Shown in pieces: positions 1 to 9,323 of a stretch of DNA of 64,000 bases; position 1 is the stretch's first letter; each line of letters opens with the position of its first letter. Source of the DNA: an uncultured Saprospiraceae bacterium (GTDB taxonomy: Bacteria > Bacteroidota > Bacteroidia > Chitinophagales > Saprospiraceae); the NCBI GenBank assembly GCA_938015805.1, contig CALLXF010000017.1, forward strand, positions 3,513-67,512, given 5' to 3'. A program made the position numbers and the translations under genes. The notes beneath the pieces are model-generated. The model did not search any database. It was not told the origin of the DNA and saw only the letters and a list, made by a program, of their open reading frames with translations.

Positions 1-2
1 CT

Positions 3-2837
3 AGTGATACGTATCCGTTAGGAGATACTCAGATCATATGGACAGCTACTGACGAATGCGGAAATGAGTCTACATGTACTCAAACCATAACTATCGAAGA
101 TGACGAAAATCCTATAATCACATGTAATGATGATATATGTGTAATACTGGAAGACAACGGGACCACTTTCGTACCAGCTACAACATTCTTAAATTCGGCA
201 ACAGATAACTGTAGCACAGAATTTACTGTAGAAGGAATGATTTTGGGCCAGGGGCCTTTAGGAGCAGGAGTTACTTTCGAATGTGGAAACAAAGGACCAG
301 TAATGGTTATGTTAGTCGTTACAGATGATGCAGGTAATTCTGCTTCTTGTACTGTAGATGTAGAAGTAAAAGATACCACAGCACCTGGACAAGAAAATGG
401 AGGGTCGAGTACGTGCCCTTCTGATATTACCATCTCTTGTAATTACGAAGTTGATTTTAATGATTTATCAGACTTTGGAACGATCGTTTTTGATCCTGCT
501 GATCAGGAAGACATAGAGATTCTGGGTATGGTTCTAGGACAAGATGGACTCTTTACAGATAACTGTCCCGATGGATTAGTAATACAATCTATAGACGTAA
601 ACAATGATGATTATAATACCACTTGTAACACAGGAGTTATTACGAGAACATTTGTAATCTCTGATGCATCTGGTAATACATCTAGTTGTACTCAGACGAT
701 TACATCTATTAACGACGATCCATTTGTATGTACAGATGTGATGTGGCCAGCAGATTATGAAGAGACAGATTGTACCCTTACCGTATTTGACCCTGCAGTA
801 ACGGGAAGACCTACGTACCCTGATAGCTCTTGTAGTAATCTAGCTCAGAATTTTGAAGATTTGGTATTTGATGATCCATTAAGTGGATGTTTGGTTATTG
901 AGAGAACATGGACAGTAATAGACTGGTGCCAGTACGAATCTAATGTACAAGACCCTCTGGGTTATTGTGAGTATGTACAAATCATTACAGTAGTAAACGC
1001 AATAGCACCTACGATAGAAAGTACATGTATGGATACGATGATTTGTTCTAATCCTACAACTTGTATCGGTAATCTAAACCTGACTTTAGAGGCTAGTGAC
1101 GATTGTACAGATGATGAGGACCTAGTGTATACATGGTCTATAAATATTAACAGTAATGGAATCACATTTATAAATGGATCAGGAAGTACACTAGTGGCTA
1201 ATGTTCCACAAGGAGCTCATACGATCAGCTGGAATGTGGAAGATCACTGCGGTAATAGTACTGATTGTTCTTATGTTGCTGATGTACAAGATTGTAAAGC
1301 ACCGACTGTTGCATGTAAATACGGACTATCGACTTCACTACTTCCTAAAAATGGGGGTTGTGTTACAATATGGGCAAATGATTTTATACAAAGTATTAGT
1401 GATAATTGTACCGCAACAGAAGATCTTTTAATATCGTTCTCAGCTGATGTAACTGACACAGATAAGAAATTCACTTGTGATGATCTAGGTCAGCAGTTTG
1501 TAGAAGTATGGGTTACAGACGAGGATGGAAATCAGTCTTTCTGTAATACATTCATTGATATACAAGATAACCTAGATGTATGTGATGGAAATAACGGAAC
1601 AGGTATGGTAATGATCGCAGGGAAAATAGCTACAGAGGAGAATGCAGGATTATCTCTTGCCGAAGTAAATGTGGATGCCGATAATATGAATGATATGGAG
1701 ATGACAGACGATATAGGAACGTATGCGTTTATAGACTTACCTATGGGAGAGGATTATAATGTTGTACCTTCTAAAAATGATGATCACGATAATGGAGTAT
1801 CGACTATAGATCTTGTTATCATTCAAAAACATTTATTACAGATACAACTATTAGACTCGCCGTATAAAATGTTAGCAGCTGATGCCGATAATTCTCAGCA
1901 TCTATCTGCAATAGATTTAATACAGATCAGAAAGTTAATCTTAGGTGTATATGACGAGTTTCCAGAAAATACTTCTTGGAGATTTGTGGACAAAGCCCAA
2001 GAGTTTCCAGTACCGACAGAACCATGGCCTTTTGAAGAAGAGGTGATGAACGCTGATATGAATACAGATGCGATGGCGGTAGATTTTGTTGCCGTAAAAA
2101 TTGGAGATGTAAATGGTACAGTTGTAACTAGTGCAACAGGTAATGCAGTAGAAAACAGAAGTGCTGATGATCTAGAATTCATTATAGAAAATCAGTCTTT
2201 CTCTGTAGGAGAGATAGTAACAGTAGATGTAATGGCTCAAGATTTTGAAGATGTAATAGGATTACAATATACATTGGATTATGATGACTCAGCTCTAGAA
2301 TATATAGCTATAGAATCAGCGAATATTAATGTAACGGAAGCAAACATCGGTTTACCATTAAGAGAGAACCAAGTGTTGACATTTAGTTGGAATGAAGTAG
2401 TAGCAAAAACGATAGCGGATAGAGATGCGATTTTCCGTATCAGTTTTATGGCTAAAGCCAATGGAACATTATCCAATAGCCTAGCTATTAACTCTGATGT
2501 AACAGCAGCACTAGCTTTCGATAGTAATTATGAAGAGAGGAATCTAGTTCTCAGATTTGATGATAACAGATCATTGTATAGTCTTAACCAAAATGCTCCA
2601 AATCCATTTATGGACAAAACGGAGATAGGTTTTACAATTCCTTCACCTCAGGTAGTATCTTTAAAAGTATACAATGCCAAAGGACAAATGATCTGGGAAC
2701 ATGAAGACTCTTACGAGGCGGGTGATCATGTAAAATCGTTGACAAAAGAAGACTTGAAAGGAATGGCAGGAATGCTCTATCTAGAAATTAACGCTAATGG
2801 ATTTACAGATACGAGAAAAATGATTATGCTTAAATAG
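3..2837 (+). CDS. Large secreted cell-surface protein, 5'-truncated by the window edge. It has HYR-like Cys-rich Ig repeats, a CarboxypepD_reg-like module, dockerin-like and cohesin-like modules, and a T9SS C-terminal sorting domain.
   Basis: The frame of the 237 ATG is open back to nt 3 (SDTYPLGDTQIIWTATDECGNESTCTQTITIED...), so the gene starts upstream of the window. It has repeated GNxxSCTQTIT / CTVDVEVKDTTAP units. It has a dockerin-like pair (DHDNGVSTIDLVIIQKHLL, ADADNSQHLSAIDLIQIRKLIL) and a cohesin-like stretch (FSVGEIVTVDVMAQDFEDVIGLQYTLDYD). The tail NPFMDKTEIGFTIP...LYLEINANGFTDTRKMIMLK is T9SS CTD-like. Confidence 0.8.
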   Translation, partial: SDTYPLGDTQIIWTATDECGNESTCTQTITIEDDENPIITCNDDICVILEDNGTTFVPATTFLNSATDNCSTEFTVEGMILGQGPLGAGVTFECGNKGPVMVMLVVTDDAGNSASCTVDVEVKDTTAPGQENGGSSTCPSDITISCNYEVDFNDLSDFGTIVFDPADQEDIEILGMVLGQDGLFTDNCPDGLVIQSIDVNNDDYNTTCNTGVITRTFVISDASGNTSSCTQTITSINDDPFVCTDVMWPADYEETDCTLTVFDPAVTGRPTYPDSSCSNLAQNFEDLVFDDPLSGCLVIERTWTVIDWCQYESNVQDPLGYCEYVQIITVVNAIAPTIESTCMDTMICSNPTTCIGNLNLTLEASDDCTDDEDLVYTWSININSNGITFINGSGSTLVANVPQGAHTISWNVEDHCGNSTDCSYVADVQDCKAPTVACKYGLSTSLLPKNGGCVTIWANDFIQSISDNCTATEDLLISFSADVTDTDKKFTCDDLGQQFVEVWVTDEDGNQSFCNTFIDIQDNLDVCDGNNGTGMVMIAGKIATEENAGLSLAEVNVDADNMNDMEMTDDIGTYAFIDLPMGEDYNVVPSKNDDHDNGVSTIDLVIIQKHLLQIQLLDSPYKMLAADADNSQHLSAIDLIQIRKLILGVYDEFPENTSWRFVDKAQEFPVPTEPWPFEEEVMNADMNTDAMAVDFVAVKIGDVNGTVVTSATGNAVENRSADDLEFIIENQSFSVGEIVTVDVMAQDFEDVIGLQYTLDYDDSALEYIAIESANINVTEANIGLPLRENQVLTFSWNEVVAKTIADRDAIFRISFMAKANGTLSNSLAINSDVTAALAFDSNYEERNLVLRFDDNRSLYSLNQNAPNPFMDKTEIGFTIPSPQVVSLKVYNAKGQMIWEHEDSYEAGDHVKSLTKEDLKGMAGMLYLEINANGFTDTRKMIMLK

Positions 2838-2867
2838 TATTTAAAATACAGTATCCCAAAAACTGAG

Positions 2868-2903
2868 ATGGTCCTGGCTTTAGAGTCAGGACCATTGTTG
2901 TTT
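2868..2903 (+). terminator. Intrinsic terminator hairpin between convergent genes
   Basis: ATGGTCCTG-10 nt loop-CAGGACCAT followed by TGTTGTTTAT, about 30 nt after the stop at 2837. Confidence 0.6.
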
Positions 2904-2980
2904 ATAGACAATAATTTTTTCATAAATATTTTTTCTATGCCAGTAACATCTAAAAGTATAAAAGCAAACTTTTATTCTCC

Positions 2981-3943
2981 TTACCGTTTAAAATCATTCC
3001 AGGCTTTTCTAAAATCTACTTCTACATAATGAGTAAGCTCTTTAGAGTTATTTTGGCTTTTTATTTCTTTATACCATGCTATTTGTTGTGGAGATAAGTA
3101 ATGTAAAGGATCTTCTTTAGCACCGAGAGCACTATTGACTTTAGTCGCCTGAGTAATGGTCATAGGTATGTATTGTAAATCAGAATGTCTCAGATAGTAT
3201 TTAGATTCCCTATCTATACGGTACCCATTGTTTTTAAGATAGATATCGTCTCCACAGTTTTTCTTAGCCGCTTTAGATTTAAGTTTTTTAGGAGAGGTTT
3301 TGTTTTTGTTATATTGGACTTTTACGACTTCTTTACCATTCATAAAACCTGCTTGGGTAGAGATGACGCCAGGTAGTTTTGCAATCTCTTTTTCTCCTGT
3401 CCAAAAACAATACATGGATAAATAACACTCCTCTGAGTTACCCGAAAATTCCTGATACAGTAAATCGAGATAGTCTGGTACTAGATGACCACTTTGGATA
3501 ATTGCTTCCATCATGGCATCTATCAGGCCTAATTTTGAATAATTACCGTTGACCCTTTTTACAATATCTTTTCCTGATGCATTTACAATTCTAACTACAG
3601 GATTGTTCCAAGTCGGTTCATTATATTGACGTAAGACTTCTAAATCTTTTCCTTTTTTATTATTGAATATCGTAAGAGGAACAAAAAAGTTTTCTATTGT
3701 CTCTACAATTAGTGGATGGGTTAGTACATTATTCCCATAATTTCTACAAGTAGAACAGCCCGGCACTTCCTGAAATAAAATTAAAACTGCTTTATCTTCC
3801 GCTTTAGCATTTTGTAATGCCGTATCGTAATCTCTGATCCAGTGTACGTCACCTAACTCTTTATGCTCTTGGAAACTGATCGACTGAGCATGTAATATGG
3901 AGATGGAAAAACTAAAAAAGAACGTCAAGCATAATTTATTCAT
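2981..3943 (-). CDS. Secreted thioredoxin-fold (CxxC) protein fused to a degenerate MsrA-like domain
   Basis: Signal peptide MNKLCLTFFFSFSISILHAQ. Thioredoxin-like LILFQEVPGCSTC motif. The C-terminal half carries the MsrA signature context YCFWTGEKEIAKLPGVISTQAGFMNG (compare GCFWG...LPGV.ST.AGY.GG) but then diverges. Confidence 0.6.
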   Translation of the reverse strand: MNKLCLTFFFSFSISILHAQSISFQEHKELGDVHWIRDYDTALQNAKAEDKAVLILFQEVPGCSTCRNYGNNVLTHPLIVETIENFFVPLTIFNNKKGKDLEVLRQYNEPTWNNPVVRIVNASGKDIVKRVNGNYSKLGLIDAMMEAIIQSGHLVPDYLDLLYQEFSGNSEECYLSMYCFWTGEKEIAKLPGVISTQAGFMNGKEVVKVQYNKNKTSPKKLKSKAAKKNCGDDIYLKNNGYRIDRESKYYLRHSDLQYIPMTITQATKVNSALGAKEDPLHYLSPQQIAWYKEIKSQNNSKELTHYVEVDFRKAWNDFKR

Positions 3944-4158
3944 CTATGTAAGTTTTACTAAAGCGTAAACGTAGGACAATTAAATTTGATACATCTTAAA
4001 CAGATAATTCTATGTTTCACAATATGTAAACTATCAGTTTGTCCGCTATAATCATTTTATCTTAGATCAAAACTTTATTCTGAGATGTACGCTAAATCTA
4101 AAAACCGACTTTTAATGTTCCCTAACCTTGAGGTATCAAATTAAAGGTAAATCAAATT

Positions 4159-6621
4159 ATGAAAAAGGATATCATGAAATTAAAAGCTAAAGGTTTTATA
4201 ATCATTGTTTTATTTCTTTCGATTTTTTCTCATTCGGCTTTAAGCCAAAATCATCAAACTCTCCGAGGAACAATCGTAGATAAAGAATCACAGTTTCCTC
4301 TCATCGGAGTAAACGTAATTATTAATCCTGATACAGAACAAAGTAAAGGGACTACTACTGATATCGATGGAAGTTTTAGACTGGAACAAGTTCCTGTAGG
4401 AAGACATAACATCAGTTTTTCCTATCTCGGATACGAAGAAGTTTTTCTGCAGAATATAGAAGTAAACTCTGGAAAAGAAGTCATTCTAAATTTAGAAATG
4501 GAGGAGGCTATGGTCCAGATGGAGGAGGTTATAATAGTGGCTAGAAGAAACGGTGAAGTAGCAAACGAGATGGCTACCGTTAGTGCAAGAGAATTTTCTG
4601 TCCAGGAGACTAATCGTTATGCAGGTTCGAGAGGGGAGCCTGCAAGAATGGCATCTAATTTTGCAGGAGTTCAGGGGGCTGATGATTCTAGAAATGATGT
4701 AGTCATACGGGGTAATACCCCTACAGGTGTGCTATGGCGATTAGACGGAATTAACATTCCCAATCCTAATCATTTTTCTATCCCTGGTACAGGAGGAGGG
4801 TCCGTTACAATCTTAAATAATAAGTTTTTAAAAAATTCTGATTTTTTTACTGGTGCTTTTCCCGCCGAATTTGCAAATGGAATAGCTGGTGTTTTTGATC
4901 TCAAAATGCGTAATGGTAATAATGAAAAGCACGAGTTTAGTGGCCAGTTTGGGTTTTTAGGTACGGAACTGATGGCTGAGGGACCCTTATCAAAAAATAG
5001 TAAATCCTCTTATCTCGCCACATATAGATATTCTTCATTACAGCTGTTCCAGGGACTAGGTATAAATGTAGGGACCGATGCTATCCCTAAGTATCAAGAT
5101 GCCTCTTTTCGATTAAATTTTCCTCGTAAAAACGGAGGACAGTTAGCTATTTTTGGAATAGGGGGTAATAGTGGTATTGATATATTAATTAGTGACGAGG
5201 AAGCTCCTAGCACGGAGACATTAATTTACGGATCTAATGATAGAGATCAGTTTTTTGGTTCTAGGATGGGAACAGTAGGTGTCACATACTCACAACCGTT
5301 AAATACAGATAGTTATTTTAAAGCAACTTTTTCTGCATCTCATTCTTCTGTAGATGCCTTGCATGACTATGTAGATCGGGAAGTTGTCGACGGTCAGTTT
5401 AGGCTTAATGAGACCATTCCTATTTTAGACTATGATTTTAAAGAAAACAAATATTCTGGATACCTAAACTATGTCAGCAAAATAGGAAAGGGTAGTATGA
5501 AAATGGGCCTTAATGCGGATCTAATCCAAGTGAGTTATCAAGACCAGGGAAGAGCGATAAATCCAGGAATAAGCCCTAGCGATACACTGAGTATAGATCC
5601 ATGGAAAAAAAGATGGGACGTACAGTCATCGTATGTGCTCCTGCAACCTTTTGTACAATACAAGCATCGATTTACAGAAAAATTAAGTGCCACCGCTGGA
5701 GCGACAGCATTGTATTCTAGCATAAATAATAAAAGCCTGTCTCCTGTCGAGCCTCGTTTAGGATTATCTTATAAGATGGATAATAAGCAAAAATTAGGTC
5801 TCGGTCTAGGGTTACATTCTCAGATGCAAGCTCCTTATTTATATTACTACGGTGTGCAAAATGATGATGCCGGAAATCCTCTGGCACTTAATAAAGATGA
5901 GATCCAGCTAGTGAAAAGTTTTCATGCTGTAGGTTCTTATGATCGTATGTTAGGTAAATCTAGTAGACTAAAAGCTGAGGTTTATTTCCAACATTTATAT
6001 GACCTACCTGTGGCTGCAGATGGATCTTCTTTTTCTTTAATTAATGCAGGATCTGGATTTAGGAGATTATTTCCCGGTTTGCTTACGACTGGAGGGGCTG
6101 GTAGAAATTACGGAATAGAACTAACGTTAGAGCGGTTCTTTACTAAGGGCTATTATTTCTTATTTACAGGATCTGTATTTGATGCTCAGTATAAAACGCT
6201 AGAAGGCGTATGGAGAAACACGTCCTTTAATGGACGTTATGCTTTTAACGGATTGTTTGCAAAGGAATGGAATATCGGTAACAAGCAGACTATAAATATA
6301 GGATCTAAACTGACTTACGTAGGCGGCGGATGGTATGGAGAAATAGATGAGCTTAAATCTCAGAGACAGCAAGAGGTAGTTTATAAAGATGACACAGTAA
6401 ATACTCTAAAATTTAGTCCTTACTTCAGAGCAGATTTAAAACTAAATTATAAGATTAATACAAAGTCTATAACTCACGAGATCGGTATCGATATTGTTAA
6501 TTTATTTGATACTAGAAATATTTTGAAGAAAACGTATTCTCCTGATCATCCTGATGGACCTGTTGTGGATGAGTATCAGCTAGGTAGATTACCACTATTC
6601 TATTATCGAATCGATTTTTAA
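4159..6621 (+). CDS. TonB-dependent outer-membrane receptor with an N-terminal CarboxypepD_reg-like domain
   Basis: Signal peptide ending ALSQ. CarboxypepD_reg-like segment LRGTIVDKESQFPLIGVNVII...DGSFRLEQVPVGRHNISFSYLGYEE. Plug-like GVQGADDSRNDVVIRGNTPTGVLWRLDGINIPNPNHF. Long beta-barrel ending in an aromatic residue (YYRIDF). Confidence 0.8.
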   Translation: MKKDIMKLKAKGFIIIVLFLSIFSHSALSQNHQTLRGTIVDKESQFPLIGVNVIINPDTEQSKGTTTDIDGSFRLEQVPVGRHNISFSYLGYEEVFLQNIEVNSGKEVILNLEMEEAMVQMEEVIIVARRNGEVANEMATVSAREFSVQETNRYAGSRGEPARMASNFAGVQGADDSRNDVVIRGNTPTGVLWRLDGINIPNPNHFSIPGTGGGSVTILNNKFLKNSDFFTGAFPAEFANGIAGVFDLKMRNGNNEKHEFSGQFGFLGTELMAEGPLSKNSKSSYLATYRYSSLQLFQGLGINVGTDAIPKYQDASFRLNFPRKNGGQLAIFGIGGNSGIDILISDEEAPSTETLIYGSNDRDQFFGSRMGTVGVTYSQPLNTDSYFKATFSASHSSVDALHDYVDREVVDGQFRLNETIPILDYDFKENKYSGYLNYVSKIGKGSMKMGLNADLIQVSYQDQGRAINPGISPSDTLSIDPWKKRWDVQSSYVLLQPFVQYKHRFTEKLSATAGATALYSSINNKSLSPVEPRLGLSYKMDNKQKLGLGLGLHSQMQAPYLYYYGVQNDDAGNPLALNKDEIQLVKSFHAVGSYDRMLGKSSRLKAEVYFQHLYDLPVAADGSSFSLINAGSGFRRLFPGLLTTGGAGRNYGIELTLERFFTKGYYFLFTGSVFDAQYKTLEGVWRNTSFNGRYAFNGLFAKEWNIGNKQTINIGSKLTYVGGGWYGEIDELKSQRQQEVVYKDDTVNTLKFSPYFRADLKLNYKINTKSITHEIGIDIVNLFDTRNILKKTYSPDHPDGPVVDEYQLGRLPLFYYRIDF

Positions 6622-6681
6622 AAATAGTGAATATCATAAGGAGAAAAAGGGAGCTTTTTCTCCTTATTGTTTATTATCTAA

Positions 6682-7563
6682 TCATACTAGACATCCACTA
6701 TACCAGACGTATGCCATACTTATGATAGCCACTACATTGGACATCAGTCCAAAAAGTTTCATCTGAGTTAGTGAATAGGTATTTGTTTTAAATATTAGGA
6801 AGAGATCGATTAGTAACCAAACTAATCCGATGGCCAACATAGATCCAAATACATATTCTTCATAAACGGTATAGAGTAAGGTGACCTCTATTAGTACAAT
6901 TAAGATTATTAAAAGCTTAGTCTTTTTCATGCCTATAACCGTTGCTGTAGTTTTTCTATCGGCTTTGCGATCCGGTTTTATATCCATCACTTCACCGATA
7001 AGATGTGACTGGAATGCAAAGAGTAATAAATAGAAATATGTAGTCCAGGGTAGGGAGTCGGTGTTGTTTAACCATATGCTTAATGGTACAATTAAAAGAT
7101 ATCCTATTTGACAAAGTAGCTCTAAGGGTGGATGGCTACGCAAACCATTTTTGGGTAAATTGTAAAGACCATTAATCACTATAAATGCAAAAAGAAGTCC
7201 GAGCATTTTGATACCGCCGATATAAACTAGGTATGGATAGAATAGTAGCTGGACGATCAGCATTGGTTTCCATAATTCTTTTAATTGCGCTGCAGTTCCT
7301 TTAGCTCCAAACCAAAAAGTATCTTTTCTTGGATTTAATGCATCTGTTTTTTGATCGACCATATCATTCCATCCGTAGACTAAAAAATTGAGGGGAAAAC
7401 AGATGTAAAAAAAGCCGTACCAAAAAGAAGAAGAACTCCAGACATCCATGTTGCTGGTAGGAAGTATGTATAACCAGATAGTAGCAAACCACAGTCCAGG
7501 TCTGGATACTTTGAGATAGAATATAAGCTTATTTAGTAGTTGCATAAGTGGTTTAAAACACAA
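6682..7563 (-). CDS. UbiA-family integral-membrane prenyltransferase
   Basis: Polytopic hydrophobic protein with the Asp-rich motif WNDMVDQKTDALNPRK (NxxxDxxxD type) and a second Asp-rich stretch EVMDIKPDRKADRK. The substrate is not inferable. Confidence 0.65.
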   Translation of the reverse strand: MCFKPLMQLLNKLIFYLKVSRPGLWFATIWLYILPTSNMDVWSSSSFWYGFFYICFPLNFLVYGWNDMVDQKTDALNPRKDTFWFGAKGTAAQLKELWKPMLIVQLLFYPYLVYIGGIKMLGLLFAFIVINGLYNLPKNGLRSHPPLELLCQIGYLLIVPLSIWLNNTDSLPWTTYFYLLLFAFQSHLIGEVMDIKPDRKADRKTTATVIGMKKTKLLIILIVLIEVTLLYTVYEEYVFGSMLAIGLVWLLIDLFLIFKTNTYSLTQMKLFGLMSNVVAIISMAYVWYSGCLV

Positions 7564-7635
7564 TACAATTTACCATAATTTAGTTTCTTCATATTTATCA
7601 AATAACAAACCATTAACGGCTTTGTGTTTTACATA

Positions 7636-7672
7636 GAAAAAGGCTCAAGAGTTTAAACCCTTGAGCCTTTAA
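7636..7672 (-). terminator. Intrinsic terminator downstream of the ALDH gene
   Basis: GGCTCAAG-loop-CTTGAGCC. On the minus strand the hairpin is followed by TTTTTCT. It lies about 35 nt after the stop at 7705. Confidence 0.7.
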
Positions 7673-7704
7673 AAAATTTTCCGTTAAGTCGCTTTTAGTT
7701 CCCT

Positions 7705-9237
7705 CTAAAAATCAAATTTGATCCCTTGAGCCAATGGTACAGTATCACTATAATTGATCGTGTTAGTCTGACGTCTCATATATGCTTTCCATGAGTCGGA
7801 TCCAGATTCTCTACCGCCACCAGTATCTTTTTCTCCACCAAATGCTCCTCCAATTTCTGCTCCACTTGTTCCGATATTTACATTAGCGATACCACAATCA
7901 GATCCGTAAGCTGATAAGAAATGTTCTGCTTCTTTCATACTGTTAGTCATGATCGCAGAAGATAATCCTTGTGGTACCTCGTTCTGGATAGCAATCGCAT
8001 TTTTAAGATCACCACTGTATTTTATCAAGTATAGGATCGGTGCAAATGTTTCGTGATGGACGATCTGAGCATCATGAGCGATTTCTGCAATAGCTGGTTT
8101 TACATAACAGCCACTACCGTAACCTCTTCCACTAAGTACACCTCCGTTTACGATGAGTTTACCACCTTGCTTTTTGATTTCGCTAAGTGTATTTTTATAA
8201 GCATCTACAGCATCTTTATCGATAAGTGGTCCCATGTGATTTTTAGGATTTAAAGGATCACCGATTTTAATTTGCTTGTAGGCTTTCGCCAATGCTTTTT
8301 TTACTTTGTCATACATACTCTCATGGACGATCAGTCTACGAGTAGAAGTACATCTTTGTCCACAAGTTCCGATTGCACCGAATACTGCACCACCGAGTAC
8401 GATTTCTAAATCTGCAGATGGTGTAATAATGATTGCATTATTACCGCCTAGCTCTAATAATGATTTTCCTAGCCTAGCTCCTACCGTAGCGGCGACGATT
8501 TTACCCATACGTGTGCTACCTGTTGCAGAGATAAGTGGTATTCTTTTATCGGTCGTCATCCACTCTCCGACTTTATAATCACCATTGATAATGCAACTTA
8601 CACCTTCAGGAATTTTGTTTGCTTTTAGTACTTTGTGTAATAGGTTCTGACAAGCGACTGCACACATGGGAGCTTTCTCACTTCCCTTCCATACACATAC
8701 ATCACCGCATACCATAGCGATCATAGAATTCCATGACCATACTGCTACTGGAAAATTAAATGCAGAAATAATACCTACGATACCTAGCGGATGCCACTGC
8801 TCATACATACGGTGGGCTGGTCTCTCGCTATGCATAGTAAGACCATACAGTTGTCTAGAAAGACCTACAGCAAAATCACAGATATCGATCATCTCTTGTA
8901 CTTCTCCCCATCCTTCTTGTAAGGATTTACCCATCTCATAAGAAACGAGTTTCCCTAGAGCATCTTTATTTTTTCTTAGCTCCTCGCCATACTGTCTTAC
9001 GATTTCTCCTCTCTGTGGGGCAGGGATCGTTCTCCATTTCTCAAATGCTTTTTGAGAAGTAGCGATTACTTTTTCGTATTCTTTTTTACTAGTTACACTG
9101 ACACTACCGATCAGTTTTCCATCTACAGGAGAATAAGAATCTATATACTGTTTAGAAGCAGCTGTAGATTTTAGTCCAGTAGAAGTACCATTATTTTTCT
9201 TTTTTAATCCGAGGGATTTTAGAAAGCTAGTATTCAT
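7705..9237 (-). CDS. ALDH7-type aldehyde dehydrogenase (alpha-aminoadipic semialdehyde / piperideine-6-carboxylate dehydrogenase-like)
   Basis: ALDH motifs ELGGNNAIII and GTCGQRCTSTRR. The C-terminus TINYSDTVPLAQGIKFDF matches the characteristic ALDH7 tail (INYS..LPLAQGIKF). Length is 510 aa. Confidence 0.85.
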   Translation of the reverse strand: MNTSFLKSLGLKKKNNGTSTGLKSTAASKQYIDSYSPVDGKLIGSVSVTSKKEYEKVIATSQKAFEKWRTIPAPQRGEIVRQYGEELRKNKDALGKLVSYEMGKSLQEGWGEVQEMIDICDFAVGLSRQLYGLTMHSERPAHRMYEQWHPLGIVGIISAFNFPVAVWSWNSMIAMVCGDVCVWKGSEKAPMCAVACQNLLHKVLKANKIPEGVSCIINGDYKVGEWMTTDKRIPLISATGSTRMGKIVAATVGARLGKSLLELGGNNAIIITPSADLEIVLGGAVFGAIGTCGQRCTSTRRLIVHESMYDKVKKALAKAYKQIKIGDPLNPKNHMGPLIDKDAVDAYKNTLSEIKKQGGKLIVNGGVLSGRGYGSGCYVKPAIAEIAHDAQIVHHETFAPILYLIKYSGDLKNAIAIQNEVPQGLSSAIMTNSMKEAEHFLSAYGSDCGIANVNIGTSGAEIGGAFGGEKDTGGGRESGSDSWKAYMRRQTNTINYSDTVPLAQGIKFDF

Positions 9238-9323
9238 GAAAGCCTATGTTTTTAATTTGGCTGCAAAGCTATAAAAACTTTAGTAAGGCTGCTTAAATCA
9301 ACATGTAGTATAACTACTAAATC

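Noticed and set aside
80-433. Many 60-125-aa ORFs in the track lie antisense to, or out of frame within, long well-supported genes. Examples: 80-433, 962-1165, 1895-2182, 8306-8578, 22454-22711, 29146-29445, 32029-32361, 39772-40149, 43312-43680 and 60677-61159.
   Set aside because: They lie entirely inside genes with clear family signatures on the other strand or frame. Their composition is low-complexity and mirrors the sense-strand codons. None has its own signal or motif.
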